This document shows, in pieces, positions 8,639-17,930 of a DNA stretch of 64,000 nucleotides. Source of the DNA: an uncultured Chloroflexia bacterium (GTDB lineage: Bacteria; Chloroflexota; Limnocylindria; QHBO01); contig CAWGTN010000003.1 in NCBI GenBank assembly GCA_963825525.1, positions 96,001 through 160,000 on the forward strand, written 5' to 3'. A model generated the notes under the pieces. That model saw nothing but the letters and a program-made list of their open reading frames with translations. It searched no databases and was not told the DNA's origin. The first letter of the stretch is position 1. Every line of letters starts with the position of its first letter. A program made the translations under genes and the position numbers.

Positions 8639-9281
8639 CGCCGAGGCCGACCGGGCAGGCGACGCCGGTCGAGTGGTCCGGGCAGTACCCGCTCGGGTTC
8701 TTGGCGAGGTACTGCTGGTGGTAGTCCTCCGCGAAGTAGAACTCGGGCGCCGGCTGGATCTGGGTCGCGATGCGCCCGAAGCCGGCCTTGGTCAGCTCCG
8801 CCTGGTACATCTCGCGAGACGATTCGGCGGCGGCCCGCTGCGCGTCGTTCTGCGTGAAGATCACCGATCGATACTGCGTGCCGACGTCGTTGCCCTGCCG
8901 CATCTCCTGGGTCGGATCATGCTCCTCCCAGAAGGCCTTGAGGATCTCGGGATATGAGACCCGGGACGGATCGAAGACGACGCGGACCACCTCGGCGTGC
9001 CCGGTGCGGCTGCTGCAGACTTCCTCGTAGGTCGGGTTCGGCGTGTGCCCGCCCTGGTAGCCGACCGCGGTAACCAGGACGCCGGGCAGCTGCCAAAAGG
9101 TCTTCTCGACGCCCCAGAAGCACCCGGCGCCGAACTCGGCGATCTCGGACCCGGACGGATAGGGGCCCTTCAATGACGCGTCGTTGACGAAATGGCGCTC
9201 CGCGGTCGGAAGCGCGGCGGGGCGACCTGGGAGTGCGTCGCCCGGATCGACCATCTTGGTCTTATTGCCGAAGAGGAACAT
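8604..9281 (-). CDS. msrA: Peptide-methionine (S)-S-oxide reductase
   Basis: GCFWG, NPTYEEVC, QGNDVGTQYRS, AEDYHQQYL. Confidence 0.97.
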   Translation of the reverse strand: MFLFGNKTKMVDPGDALPGRPAALPTAERHFVNDASLKGPYPSGSEIAEFGAGCFWGVEKTFWQLPGVLVTAVGYQGGHTPNPTYEEVCSSRTGHAEVVRVVFDPSRVSYPEILKAFWEEHDPTQEMRQGNDVGTQYRSVIFTQNDAQRAAAESSREMYQAELTKAGFGRIATQIQPAPEFYFAEDYHQQYLAKNPSGYCPDHSTGVACPVGLGVSASAVPMEQV

Positions 9282-9408
9282 GAATGAAGTCTACGCCCGA
9301 TTCATGACGGTTGCGTGAAGGTGAACAGGCGCGGCGGGCGGTCGCGGCGTCGCCGACCGGGGCGGGTCAGGAGGTGCGACTTCGGCACGAGCCCGATACC
9401 ATCCATCC

Positions 9409-9795
9409 ATGACGCATGACCCAGCCGACTATCCCGAGGTCCGCCTGGCCGAGCTCGTGATGCCGAACCGAACGAACCATCACGGGACCCTGTTCGGCGG
9501 ACATGCGCTCGGGTTGATGGATCATGCCGGCTGGGTGGCAGCCACCCGATGTGCGCGTCGGACCATGGTCACGGTCGCGTCCGATCGGGTGGAGTTCAAG
9601 GTCCCGGTCCGCGCCGGACAGCTGGTGGAGCTGGTGGCGCGGGTCACGGCGGTGGGGCGCACGTCGGTGACGGTCGGCGTCGACATGTTCTCGGAGGACG
9701 TGGCGACCGGCGAGCGGCGACTCGCGACCTCGGGGAGCTTCGTGTTCGTTGCCATCGATGACGCGGGGGCTCCGACGCCGATTGCCGGCCGCTGA
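9409..9795 (+). CDS. Acyl-CoA thioesterase (hotdog fold, YciA-like)
   Basis: NHHGTLFGG...MD, VGRTSVTV, FVFVAID. Confidence 0.9.
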   Translation: MTHDPADYPEVRLAELVMPNRTNHHGTLFGGHALGLMDHAGWVAATRCARRTMVTVASDRVEFKVPVRAGQLVELVARVTAVGRTSVTVGVDMFSEDVATGERRLATSGSFVFVAIDDAGAPTPIAGR

Positions 9796-10040
9796 CGCGG
9801 CGCCTCCCGGGTTGAACGTTTCGCAGGGTCGCCGCGTATCCATGTCACGAGGCGGGTGGGTGCGATGCGGACCCGACGCACGGCCGGCACGGATCGCGAC
9901 ACGGAGCGTCGCAGTGGCCTGAGCGATCCGCGACCACCGGTCGTCGACGGGCCCGGGACGCCATCGCAACCCTCCTCGTCCGTTCGCCTGTTCATGCGCG
10001 GCGCGACCCAGGGGCGTGGGTCGCGCCGCACCTCGCCCGG

Positions 10041-10649
10041 TCAGCTCTCGAGGGAGCCGTGGGACGCGGTGTCGCCGACCACCAGCACGATCGCGCGGGC
10101 CAGGCTCGCGCCCTCGTTTCGCAGCTGGTGGGGCTGGTGGTCACCGAAGCCGATCGAGTCGCCCGCGGCAAGTCGATGCTCACCGAACCCGACCCGGAAC
10201 GTGAGCTCTCCCTCCAGCACGAGAAACAGGTCGCGCCCCGAGTGCCTGAGGAACTCCTCGCCGCTGGTGGCGCCGGGTTCGTATCGGATCTCCATGAACC
10301 GAGTTCCAGGCTCGTCGCGCGGCAGCAGGTTCTCCCAGGTCACGCCCCCGTTCAGCTGGATTCGCTGCCGATCGGCCGAACGAACCACCCAGGCGGTTTC
10401 ACCGAGCACGGCCTGGATATGCGACGGCACGTCGCCGAAGAACGACGCGACGGGCACGTCCAGGGCCGCCGCCAGCAGGTAGAGGGTGTCCACCGACGGC
10501 GTGACCTTGCCGTTCTCTACCTGGCTGAGAAGGCTGGGACTGGCGCCGATGGCTCGCGCCAGCTGACGCAAGGACAGCTCCCTCGAGGCGCGCAGCGCCC
10601 GCAACCGTGCGCCGATCTCCGTGGCATTCGGTGCCCGCCGGTCGGTCAT
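10041..10649 (-). CDS. XRE-family HTH + cupin regulator
   Basis: LSLRQLARAIGASPSLLSQVENG; cupin HSGRD...PHQLRN. Confidence 0.92.
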   Translation of the reverse strand: MTDRRAPNATEIGARLRALRASRELSLRQLARAIGASPSLLSQVENGKVTPSVDTLYLLAAALDVPVASFFGDVPSHIQAVLGETAWVVRSADRQRIQLNGGVTWENLLPRDEPGTRFMEIRYEPGATSGEEFLRHSGRDLFLVLEGELTFRVGFGEHRLAAGDSIGFGDHQPHQLRNEGASLARAIVLVVGDTASHGSLES

Positions 10650-10662
10650 CGGACAGGCGGCC

Positions 10663-10721
10663 GTTCAGTAGCAATGAACTTACTGCCCGAATGCCCCGTA
10701 TTGTGTTCAGCCTGACTGATG
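10663..10721. promoter_or_regulatory. Two putative operators, GTTCAG-N5-CTGAAC-like
   Basis: GTTCAGtagcaATGAAC 10663-10679 and GTTCAGcctgaCTGATG 10705-10721, between the regulator and the ABC operon. Confidence 0.55.
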
Positions 10722-10847
10722 AAATGGGCAGGCAATGGCACTACGCCGGTCGGGCGAGTCATCGGCAGGGAGTCCTGGTCCGTCTCGTCTTCGCCGATCA
10801 CTCGCTCGGCCGCGCGCCATCGGGGAATCATGGAGGAACGCGCTGTC

Positions 10848-12824
10848 ATGCAACCACGCACGTGGCGATACGCCGCGATGGTCACGACGCTCGGCTTGGT
10901 GCTCGCCGCCTGCGGGGGAGCGGGCACGAATTCGTCGGGTGGGGCCACAGGATCCGATTCGCCCTCCACTGGTCCGGGGTCCTCAGGGGATCCTGGCGGT
11001 GAATCCGGCTATCGCGATGCTATCACCTGGGTCCTGGACGGCCAGCCCGGGAAGATCAGCAACGGCGCCGATGATGATCCCACCGCCGACCTGGCGGCGT
11101 TCATCTACGACGGGCTCTATCAGTACAACGACAAGATCGAGCCGGTCCCGAACCTCGCGACCTGCGAGCCAGACGCGGATGAGTTGGTGTGGACCTGCTC
11201 CCTTGGGGAAGCCACGTTCCACAACGGCGACCCGATGACGGCCGAGGACGTGAAGTACAGCTACGACCTCGCCATCAGCGAGAACTGCACGTACAACCCC
11301 TCGATCTGCCTCGCCGGGTTCGTGGAGTCGGTCGACGTCATCGACGACCAGACGATCGCCTTCACCCTGCCGCAGGCGTACTCACCGTTCCTCACGCTGA
11401 TCCTGCCAACCCTCGGCATCGAGTCGAAGGCCGTGATCGAGGATGCGTATGCGGAGTTCACCGGCGCTGCCGGATCGATTGACCCGACCGACGTCCGCGA
11501 TGCGGCGGCGGCGATCGACGAGCCGGCGGGGGCCGACGAGCCTGATGCTGCGGGCTGCGAGGCGGCCCTGGCGGATGCCGAGGCTCTGCTCACGCAGGCT
11601 GGCGTGGAGCTGCCGCGACGCGAGGACCACACCTTCGACGGTGCCTTCGATCCATGCAGCTACGGGACGACGCTGTCCACCGACCTGCTGGGGGTTGCCA
11701 CCTCGCTCGAGGCCGATGGCCTGGATGCCGTGGCTGCGGTCTACAGCCTCCTGCCGTTCAACCGCGCGCCGGTCGGCACCGGCCCGTACAAGCTCGTCGA
11801 GTTCGAGGTCGGCCAGAGCGTCGTTCTCGAGGCGCACGAGGACTACCACGACGGGACGCCCGCCACGCCACGGATGAACTTCGTGATCATCACCGACCTG
11901 GTCGCCGCCGCCAGCGCGCTGGCCGCCGGGCAGGTCGACTACGTCGAGGAGATGACGCCCGACGCGTACGAGGCGGTTCGCAATGCCTCGAACGTGAAGG
12001 TCGCCGAGTACCCCGGATTCCTGCACCTCGAGTTGCAGTTCAACGTGCGTGAGGGACGGATCTTCGGCGACATCAACCTGCGCAAGGCGCTGCAGCTGTG
12101 CATCGACAAGGCGGGGCTGGTGAGTGCGGCAACCAATGGGACCGCGCTGCCGACGGAGTCGGAGACGCCTCCGGCATCGTGGGCCTTCAACCCGGACGTG
12201 CAGGGCGTCGAGCGCGACGTCGACGCAGCCAAGGCGCTCATCGAGGAGTCCGGCTGGACCATGGGCGACGACGACTTCTACCAGCAGGACGGTCGTCGGC
12301 TGGAGGCCACCGTCCTCGTCAGGGCCGGCCAGAGCGACCGGATCAACTTCATGCAGCTCTTCGCGGAGCAGGTCCGAGAGTGCGGCGTGGACATCACGGT
12401 CAATCCCGCCGACTTCCAGACCGTGCTGCTGCCGGCCCTCGATCGGGCATGGGCCGCGGATGGGTTCGACGCCTACTTCGGCGGATGGTCCGCCGCGGTC
12501 GACCCCGACCCGTTCAGCCTCTGGCACTGCAGCCAGGTCAGCACGGAAGAGCGACCGGAGCAGTTCAACTACATCGGCTACTGCAACGAGGAGGTCGACG
12601 AGATCATCGAGGCAGGCCTGGCCACGAGTGACCAGGCGGAGCGCAAGGAGCTGTACTTCCGCTTCCAGGAGATCCTTGCCGAGGAGCAACCGTACCTGTT
12701 CGCCTACGCGCCCCTCGTGCGGGACGGGATGGACGTCGGTCTCACGTTCACCGACGGCGAGCTGAACCTCGAGTCGCCGACCTGGCTGTGGCAGCGCCAC
12801 AAGGTCGTGATCCCGGAGTCCTGA
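10848..12824 (+). CDS. Peptide/oligopeptide ABC substrate-binding lipoprotein (family 5)
   Basis: LAAC lipobox, IYDGL, FHNGDPMTAEDVKYS, PVGTGPYK; GGAGG RBS. Confidence 0.93.
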   Translation: MQPRTWRYAAMVTTLGLVLAACGGAGTNSSGGATGSDSPSTGPGSSGDPGGESGYRDAITWVLDGQPGKISNGADDDPTADLAAFIYDGLYQYNDKIEPVPNLATCEPDADELVWTCSLGEATFHNGDPMTAEDVKYSYDLAISENCTYNPSICLAGFVESVDVIDDQTIAFTLPQAYSPFLTLILPTLGIESKAVIEDAYAEFTGAAGSIDPTDVRDAAAAIDEPAGADEPDAAGCEAALADAEALLTQAGVELPRREDHTFDGAFDPCSYGTTLSTDLLGVATSLEADGLDAVAAVYSLLPFNRAPVGTGPYKLVEFEVGQSVVLEAHEDYHDGTPATPRMNFVIITDLVAAASALAAGQVDYVEEMTPDAYEAVRNASNVKVAEYPGFLHLELQFNVREGRIFGDINLRKALQLCIDKAGLVSAATNGTALPTESETPPASWAFNPDVQGVERDVDAAKALIEESGWTMGDDDFYQQDGRRLEATVLVRAGQSDRINFMQLFAEQVRECGVDITVNPADFQTVLLPALDRAWAADGFDAYFGGWSAAVDPDPFSLWHCSQVSTEERPEQFNYIGYCNEEVDEIIEAGLATSDQAERKELYFRFQEILAEEQPYLFAYAPLVRDGMDVGLTFTDGELNLESPTWLWQRHKVVIPES

Positions 12825-12841
12825 GACCGGGAAGACCCGAT

Positions 12842-12876
12842 GCCGATGGCGTCCGCCGAGCGCGGGCGCCATCGGC
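12842..12876 (+). terminator. Intercistronic stem-loop after the SBP gene
   Basis: GCCGATGGCGTCCGC pairs with GCGGGCGCCATCGGC; no U tail, possibly mRNA-stabilising. Confidence 0.55.
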
Positions 12877-12906
12877 CATCCCATCCGCTGAACGAGAGGC
12901 TTGGAC

Positions 12907-13869
12907 ATGACGGGCTACATCGCGAGACGCTTGCTGCAGGCCGTCCCCATCCTGTTCGGCGTCGCGATCATCAGCTTCGGGCTGGTCCACCTGGCGCCCG
13001 GTGACCCCATCGATCGATTCCGGACTCCGACCGTCCGTCCCGACCAGCTCGAGGGCCTCATCCGGCTCTACGGCCTCGACCGGCCGATCCACGAGCAGTT
13101 CTGGAGCTGGATCAGCACGTACGTCCAGATCTGGCGACCGGAGGCGTGGGGCTATTCGTTCCTCGACGGCCAGCCGGTCATCTACAAGATCGCCGAGCGC
13201 CTTCCGGCGACCCTGCTGCTGGGTGGGACCGCCCTGCTCGTCACGGTGCTGGTCGCGATCCCGCTCGGGATTCTCGCCGCCGTGCGCCAGTACAGCTGGG
13301 CCGATCGGCTCATCAGCAGCCTTGCCACCGTCGGCTACGCCATCCCGTCCTTCCTGCTCGGGCTCTACCTGCTCTTCTTCGGCGGCGTGGTCTTCGGGTG
13401 GTTCCCGCTGTTCGGCATGGAGAGCTTCGGCAACGAGGGCGATCCGCTGGACATCGCGTGGCACCTCGTCCTGCCCGTCGCGAGCCTCGCGATCCAGCAG
13501 ATCGCCGGCTGGTCGCGCTACGTTCGTGCGGCGATGCTCGAGGTCCTGCACCAGGACTACGTCCGGACGGCGCACGCCAAGGGCCTGCCCGCACGCCGCG
13601 TGACCTTCAAGCACGCCCTCCGCAACGCGATCATCCCGGTGATCACGCTGCTGGGCCTGACGATCCCGACGCTGCTCGGCGGCGCGGCGATCACCGAGGC
13701 GATCTTCAGCTGGCCCGGAGTCGGCCAGATGGGCGTCGACGCGGTCGCCAACCGTGACTACCCGGTGGTCCTGGCCTTCGTGATGATCGGTGGCATCGGG
13801 GTGGTGATCGGCAACCTGCTGGCGGACATCTTCTACGCGGTCGCCGATCCGCGCATCAAGCTCGGCTGA
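12907..13869 (+). CDS. ABC permease DppB/OppB
   Basis: RLPATLLL, QDYVRTAHAKGL, HALRNA, RDYPVV, DPRI. Confidence 0.95.
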   Translation: MTGYIARRLLQAVPILFGVAIISFGLVHLAPGDPIDRFRTPTVRPDQLEGLIRLYGLDRPIHEQFWSWISTYVQIWRPEAWGYSFLDGQPVIYKIAERLPATLLLGGTALLVTVLVAIPLGILAAVRQYSWADRLISSLATVGYAIPSFLLGLYLLFFGGVVFGWFPLFGMESFGNEGDPLDIAWHLVLPVASLAIQQIAGWSRYVRAAMLEVLHQDYVRTAHAKGLPARRVTFKHALRNAIIPVITLLGLTIPTLLGGAAITEAIFSWPGVGQMGVDAVANRDYPVVLAFVMIGGIGVVIGNLLADIFYAVADPRIKLG

Positions 13870-13881
13870 AGGAGCGATCTC

Positions 13882-14826
13882 ATGACCAATGTCGATGTTC
13901 TCGTGCCCCGTCCGCAGGATCATGACGTCGACGCCGACCTGCTCGACCAATCACCGGTGCGCACCTACTGGCAGCTGGCGCGGGCGCGATTCGTCCGGAA
14001 CCGGCTGGCGCTCATCGGCCTGGTCGCCCTCGCCGTCCTGGTTGTCGGCTCGCTCGTGCTGCCGGCCGTGACCGGCGACGCGTGGCGCGCCGCGGTGTTG
14101 GCGAAGGTCAACGCACCGCCCGAGATCGGCACCGACGCGGCGGGCGAGTTCCGATTCGCGCCGCTCGGCTACAGCGACATCGGCCAGAACATCCTCGCGC
14201 GCCTGGCCAAGGCGACCGGCACCAGCCTGTCGATCGGAAGCGCTGCCGTGCTCATCATCGTGGCGCTCGGCATCGGCGTCGGGTCAGTGGCGGGCTACGT
14301 GGGCGGCTGGGTCGACAACCTGCTCATGAGATTCGTCGACATCGTGCTCAGCCTGCCGGCCCTGTTCATCATCCTGGCCCTGGTCAGCTTCTGGGGCGGC
14401 GGAAGCGTGTGGGTCATCATCATCGCCATCGGCATCACCAGCTGGACGCTCGCCGCCCGACTGGTGCGTGCCGAGTTCCTCCGCCTGCGAGAGGTCGACT
14501 ACGTCGCCGCCGCTCGAGCCCTGGGTGCCAGCCCGCTGCGCATCATGCTCCGGCACATGCTGCCGCCGGCCATGGCCCCGATCATCGTGGCCGCAACTCT
14601 GGGTGTGGCGGACTCGGTGGTCATCGAGGCGGCCCTCAGCTTCCTGGGCTTCGGCATCAGCCAGCCGGAGGCCAGCCTGGGCAACATGCTGACCGAGGCC
14701 CAGACCTACTTCTTCCGGAACCCATGGCTCGTGGCGTGGCCGGGGATCGTGCTCATCACGATCGTCATGAGCGCCTCGTTCCTGGGCGACGGGCTGCGCG
14801 ACGCGCTCGACCCGCGCCAGCGCTGA
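13882..14826 (+). CDS. ABC permease DppC/OppC
   Basis: DYVAAARALGA, EAALSFLGFG, GDGLRDALDPR. Confidence 0.95.
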   Translation: MTNVDVLVPRPQDHDVDADLLDQSPVRTYWQLARARFVRNRLALIGLVALAVLVVGSLVLPAVTGDAWRAAVLAKVNAPPEIGTDAAGEFRFAPLGYSDIGQNILARLAKATGTSLSIGSAAVLIIVALGIGVGSVAGYVGGWVDNLLMRFVDIVLSLPALFIILALVSFWGGGSVWVIIIAIGITSWTLAARLVRAEFLRLREVDYVAAARALGASPLRIMLRHMLPPAMAPIIVAATLGVADSVVIEAALSFLGFGISQPEASLGNMLTEAQTYFFRNPWLVAWPGIVLITIVMSASFLGDGLRDALDPRQR

Positions 14827-14832
14827 CGGAGG

Positions 14833-14872
14833 AAGACAAACGCCCCGATCGGGCTCGGAGTCCGATCGGGGC
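14833..14872 (-). terminator. Intrinsic terminator, probably bidirectional
   Basis: GCCCCGATCGGGCT/AGTCCGATCGGGGC stem followed by GTTTGTCTT on the minus strand. Confidence 0.7.
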
Positions 14873-14984
14873 ATCTGCCTGGAGGGTATTGGGTTGCCAG
14901 GATGATCCCTCTTCCCGGGCCAGACGACCAGCGACGTTGGACTCACGCGGCGCCTACGTCAAGCGACGTAGCCGATGCGTTCGG

Positions 14985-16103
14985 TCAGGTTCGGAGGCGG
15001 TCTCCCATGAGCGCTCGGAGGCGCTCGTGGTCCAGGGCATGGGCCGTGATGCCGTCACGCCCGACCATCGTCTCGGCCGCCAGCAGCGCGTTGGTGATCG
15101 ATTCCTCGGTCGCCTCGACGGTGGCCTCGAGGAGCGGGTTGATCTGCTCGTCGACGACCATGCGCAGGGAGACGGGAGCTCTCGGATCGTCCTCCCCGGC
15201 CCGGTGCGACAGCCCGCGGTTGCCGGTCGAGAAGGCCAGGAACAGATCGCCCGAGCCATGCGAGGCGTAGCTCCCCATGCGCGCGACGCCCATGCCGACC
15301 CGCTGCGCCAGGCGCGCGCACTGGTGGGGGAGGAGCGGCGCGTCGGTTGCCACGATGCCGATGATCGAGCCTCCCTCCGGACCGATGCGGTTGCCGAGCC
15401 GTTCGACCGCGTCCCAGGGCGACGCGACCTCGTCACGTGGGATCGCGGCACCCACCGGGACGCCGTCGATGCGCAGCAACCCGCGTTCTCCGTAGTTGGC
15501 CTGCACCAGGACGCCGACCGTCCACGCACCCGCCCTCCGCGATGCGGTTCCGATCCCACCCTTGAACTCGTGGCAGATCATGCCGGTGCCGCCGCCCACG
15601 TTGCCCTCGGCCACCACGCCGCCGCTCGCCGAGGCAAGCGCCGTCTCGACGTGCTCGGGCCGGACGTGGAAGCCGTTGATGTCGTTGAGCCCGCCGTCGT
15701 ACGTCTCGCCGACCACCGGCAGCGACCAGAACGTCTCGTTCGGGCCGTGAGCGGCAGCCGCGGCCGCGATCAGAGCGTCGTGAACGACCCCGACGCTGTG
15801 CGTGTTCGTGATCCCGATGGCTCCGGCCAGCATCCCCGACTCGCGGATCCACTCGAGCCCGGTCAGCTCTCCGTTGCCGTTGAGCCGATGGGCGCCGGCG
15901 AAGACCGGCTCGGTCCAGATATCGCCCTCGTGCGGCACCACCACCGTGACCCCGGTTCGAACCGGCCCGTGGCCAGGCGTCAGCGGGCCATCGCCCGAGA
16001 TGAGCGTCGTGTGGCCGACCCGGACGCCGGCCACATCGGTGATCGCATTGAGTTCGCCCGGCGGCATCCGGCCGATGCGGATGCCAAGGTCACGTGCGCG
16101 CAT
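14985..16103 (-). CDS. P1/S58 family peptidase (DmpA-like aminopeptidase)
   Basis: NAITDVAGVRVGH, RTGVT, EGNVGGGTGM, EGGSII (autocleavage G/S), GSGDLFLAFST. Confidence 0.93.
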   Translation of the reverse strand: MRARDLGIRIGRMPPGELNAITDVAGVRVGHTTLISGDGPLTPGHGPVRTGVTVVVPHEGDIWTEPVFAGAHRLNGNGELTGLEWIRESGMLAGAIGITNTHSVGVVHDALIAAAAAAHGPNETFWSLPVVGETYDGGLNDINGFHVRPEHVETALASASGGVVAEGNVGGGTGMICHEFKGGIGTASRRAGAWTVGVLVQANYGERGLLRIDGVPVGAAIPRDEVASPWDAVERLGNRIGPEGGSIIGIVATDAPLLPHQCARLAQRVGMGVARMGSYASHGSGDLFLAFSTGNRGLSHRAGEDDPRAPVSLRMVVDEQINPLLEATVEATEESITNALLAAETMVGRDGITAHALDHERLRALMGDRLRT

Positions 16104-16134
16104 CGGCGCAGTCTACCGGGGCGGCGCGGCCGCC

Positions 16135-17076
16135 TCAGGCGCGGCTGGGGTCCGCGTTCGACGGGTTCGGGTGCGCGGACGACGGCTGGCGTGGGGCTCC
16201 TCGGTGCTCGACGATCCACAGGCCCACCAGCACGATGATCCCGCCCAGCAGGGTGAACGGCCCAAGCTCCTCGTCGAGCAACGCCACCGAGGACAGCACC
16301 CCGATGATCGGCACCAGGAGCGCGAACGCGCTTGCGCGTGCCGCGCCGATGCGGGCGACGCCCATGTTGAACAGGACGAACGCGGCGACCGTGCCGAAGA
16401 CCGCCAGGTAGCCGATGCCGGCGAGCGCTCCGGGCGGCGCGGCCCAGACCCTGGCCAGCCCTCCCTCCGCCAGCGCCGGGGGAACCAGGACCACGGTGCC
16501 GAGTGCCGTCCCGTACAGCGTGGTGCTGACCGCGTCGAAGCGGCCATGCGCGATCCTCGCCAGCACCGAGTACACGCCCCAGAAGGCGGCACCGGTGATG
16601 AACAGCACGTCGCCGAGCAGCCGTCGGTCGTCGGTTGCGCCGGTGGGCGTGACCACCAGCAGGAGGCCGACCGCCGCGACGCCGAGGCCGATGATCCCGC
16701 GCGTGCCGAGGCGCTCGCGCAGGAAGAGGCCGGCCAGGATCAGCGTGAAGACGGGCGCGAGTCCCGGCACGATGATCGCGCCGTCGGACGCGGGTGCCAG
16801 CGTGAGGCCGGTGAGGAAGAGCCAGTTGTAGCCGGCGACCGCCGTCAGGGCCAGGCCCAGGATCAACGGAACGTCGCGCCAGTGGATCGGCGAGAGGGGA
16901 CGGTTCGAGAGCCGGGCCCAGCCGAACAGCAGGAGGGAAGCGACGCCGAACCGAATCGCCGCGATGGTGAACGGCGGCGCGGCGTCGACGGCCACCGCGG
17001 CGGCCACCCAGGTGCCCCCGAACGCCACGGCCATGCCGATGAGCATCAGGTACGCGGTGCGGTCGGATGGTGTCAT
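16135..17076 (-). CDS. DMT/EamA transporter
   Basis: 10 TM, two EamA repeats (LRERL, LLDEEL). Confidence 0.9.
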   Translation of the reverse strand: MTPSDRTAYLMLIGMAVAFGGTWVAAAVAVDAAPPFTIAAIRFGVASLLLFGWARLSNRPLSPIHWRDVPLILGLALTAVAGYNWLFLTGLTLAPASDGAIIVPGLAPVFTLILAGLFLRERLGTRGIIGLGVAAVGLLLVVTPTGATDDRRLLGDVLFITGAAFWGVYSVLARIAHGRFDAVSTTLYGTALGTVVLVPPALAEGGLARVWAAPPGALAGIGYLAVFGTVAAFVLFNMGVARIGAARASAFALLVPIIGVLSSVALLDEELGPFTLLGGIIVLVGLWIVEHRGAPRQPSSAHPNPSNADPSRA

Positions 17077-17150
17077 GAGGCCTTCACCTTGTCATCGGGC
17101 GGCGTGTCGTTGCATCGGTCAAACGTCGCAGGGCCGCCAGCCGTGAGAAA

Positions 17151-17236
17151 CGTGGATGGGGTGTGGATAGCCCGCGCCTGACGTCATGGATTCGGGGATA
17201 AGGGGGATTGTTTCGTCAGCGGAGGGCAGAGATACT
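17151..17236 (+). promoter_or_regulatory. DnaA-box-like array plus sigma70-type promoter (copy 2)
   Basis: CGTGGATGG 17151, TGTGGATAG 17162, CGGGGATAA 17193, TTGTTT 17208, 17-nt spacer, GATACT 17231. Confidence 0.7.
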
Positions 17237-17238
17237 TT

Positions 17239-17361
17239 GGTCGTCCCGAAGGGGCAAGCGACACCGGATCACACGGCTTCGGTCATGGGTTTCGGTGCCG
17301 GCAACGGAGGCTTCGGCCGCCGAGGTCGGGCGCCTGTTCCTCCGGGGCATTTTCGTGCCCG
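17239..17361 (+). ncRNA. Unrecognised structured ncRNA, copy 2
   Basis: Homologous to 4428-4580; UUCG/UCCG hairpins; opposite strand to both neighbouring genes. Confidence 0.75.
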
Positions 17362-17362
17362 G

Positions 17363-17920
17363 TCAGCCAACCTCGACCCGCACCGCCTCGATCTCGTCGT
17401 CCGACGCAAGGCGATGCACCGCGCTCAGGCCCCCCGAATCGAGCGATCGGAGGCTGTCGCTCAGCATGCGATGCTGGCGTCGCAGGGCCGCCGGCGGCGG
17501 ACGTGGTGCCGCTCGGGTGGCATTCCGCTCCAGGGCGGTCGCCAGCGACACGTCAAGGACGATCCCGACCACAGGACGGCGGTGCCGCCGCGCGATGGCG
17601 ATCAGCTGCTCGCGCGCCCACGCCTCCACGTTCGTTGCGTCGACCACGGTCAGACGTCCGCGACGCAACCGCATGGCGAGCAACCGGTGCAGCAGGTCGA
17701 ACGCGTCGTCCGTCGCCTCCTGGGCCGTCGGGTCGTCGGTGATCATGGCCCGCAGGTTGTCCGATGACAGAACCTGGCTCGTGCGGAAATGGCGAGTGGC
17801 GAACGTGGTCTTGCCACTCGCCGAAATGCCGATGAGGATCACGAGCGCATCGGCAGGCAGTGCGATGAGCCGAGAAACAGACCGGCCGCCGTTGGTGTCG
17901 GCGGCCGGTGGCGTGGTCAT
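17363..17920 (-). CDS. Stand-alone polynucleotide-kinase-like P-loop protein (AAA_33-like)
   Basis: LVILIGISASGKTTFA, LSSDNLR, TVVDATN, ALERNATR, as in the Pnkp kinase module. Confidence 0.85.
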   Translation of the reverse strand: MTTPPAADTNGGRSVSRLIALPADALVILIGISASGKTTFATRHFRTSQVLSSDNLRAMITDDPTAQEATDDAFDLLHRLLAMRLRRGRLTVVDATNVEAWAREQLIAIARRHRRPVVGIVLDVSLATALERNATRAAPRPPPAALRRQHRMLSDSLRSLDSGGLSAVHRLASDDEIEAVRVEVG

Positions 17921-17930
17921 GAGTCCCGTG

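Noticed and set aside
14082-16238. Long alternative-frame ORFs (also 1954-3573, 11382-12908, 26173-28059, 34745-36385, 56399-57970)
   Set aside because: Arg/Gly/Pro-rich shadow ORFs expected at high GC, overlapping well-supported genes.
4339-17361. The two repeats as ends of a mobile element or prophage
   Set aside because: The copies are diverged with structure-preserving changes, there is no integrase or transposase, and the enclosed genes are ordinary chromosomal ones.
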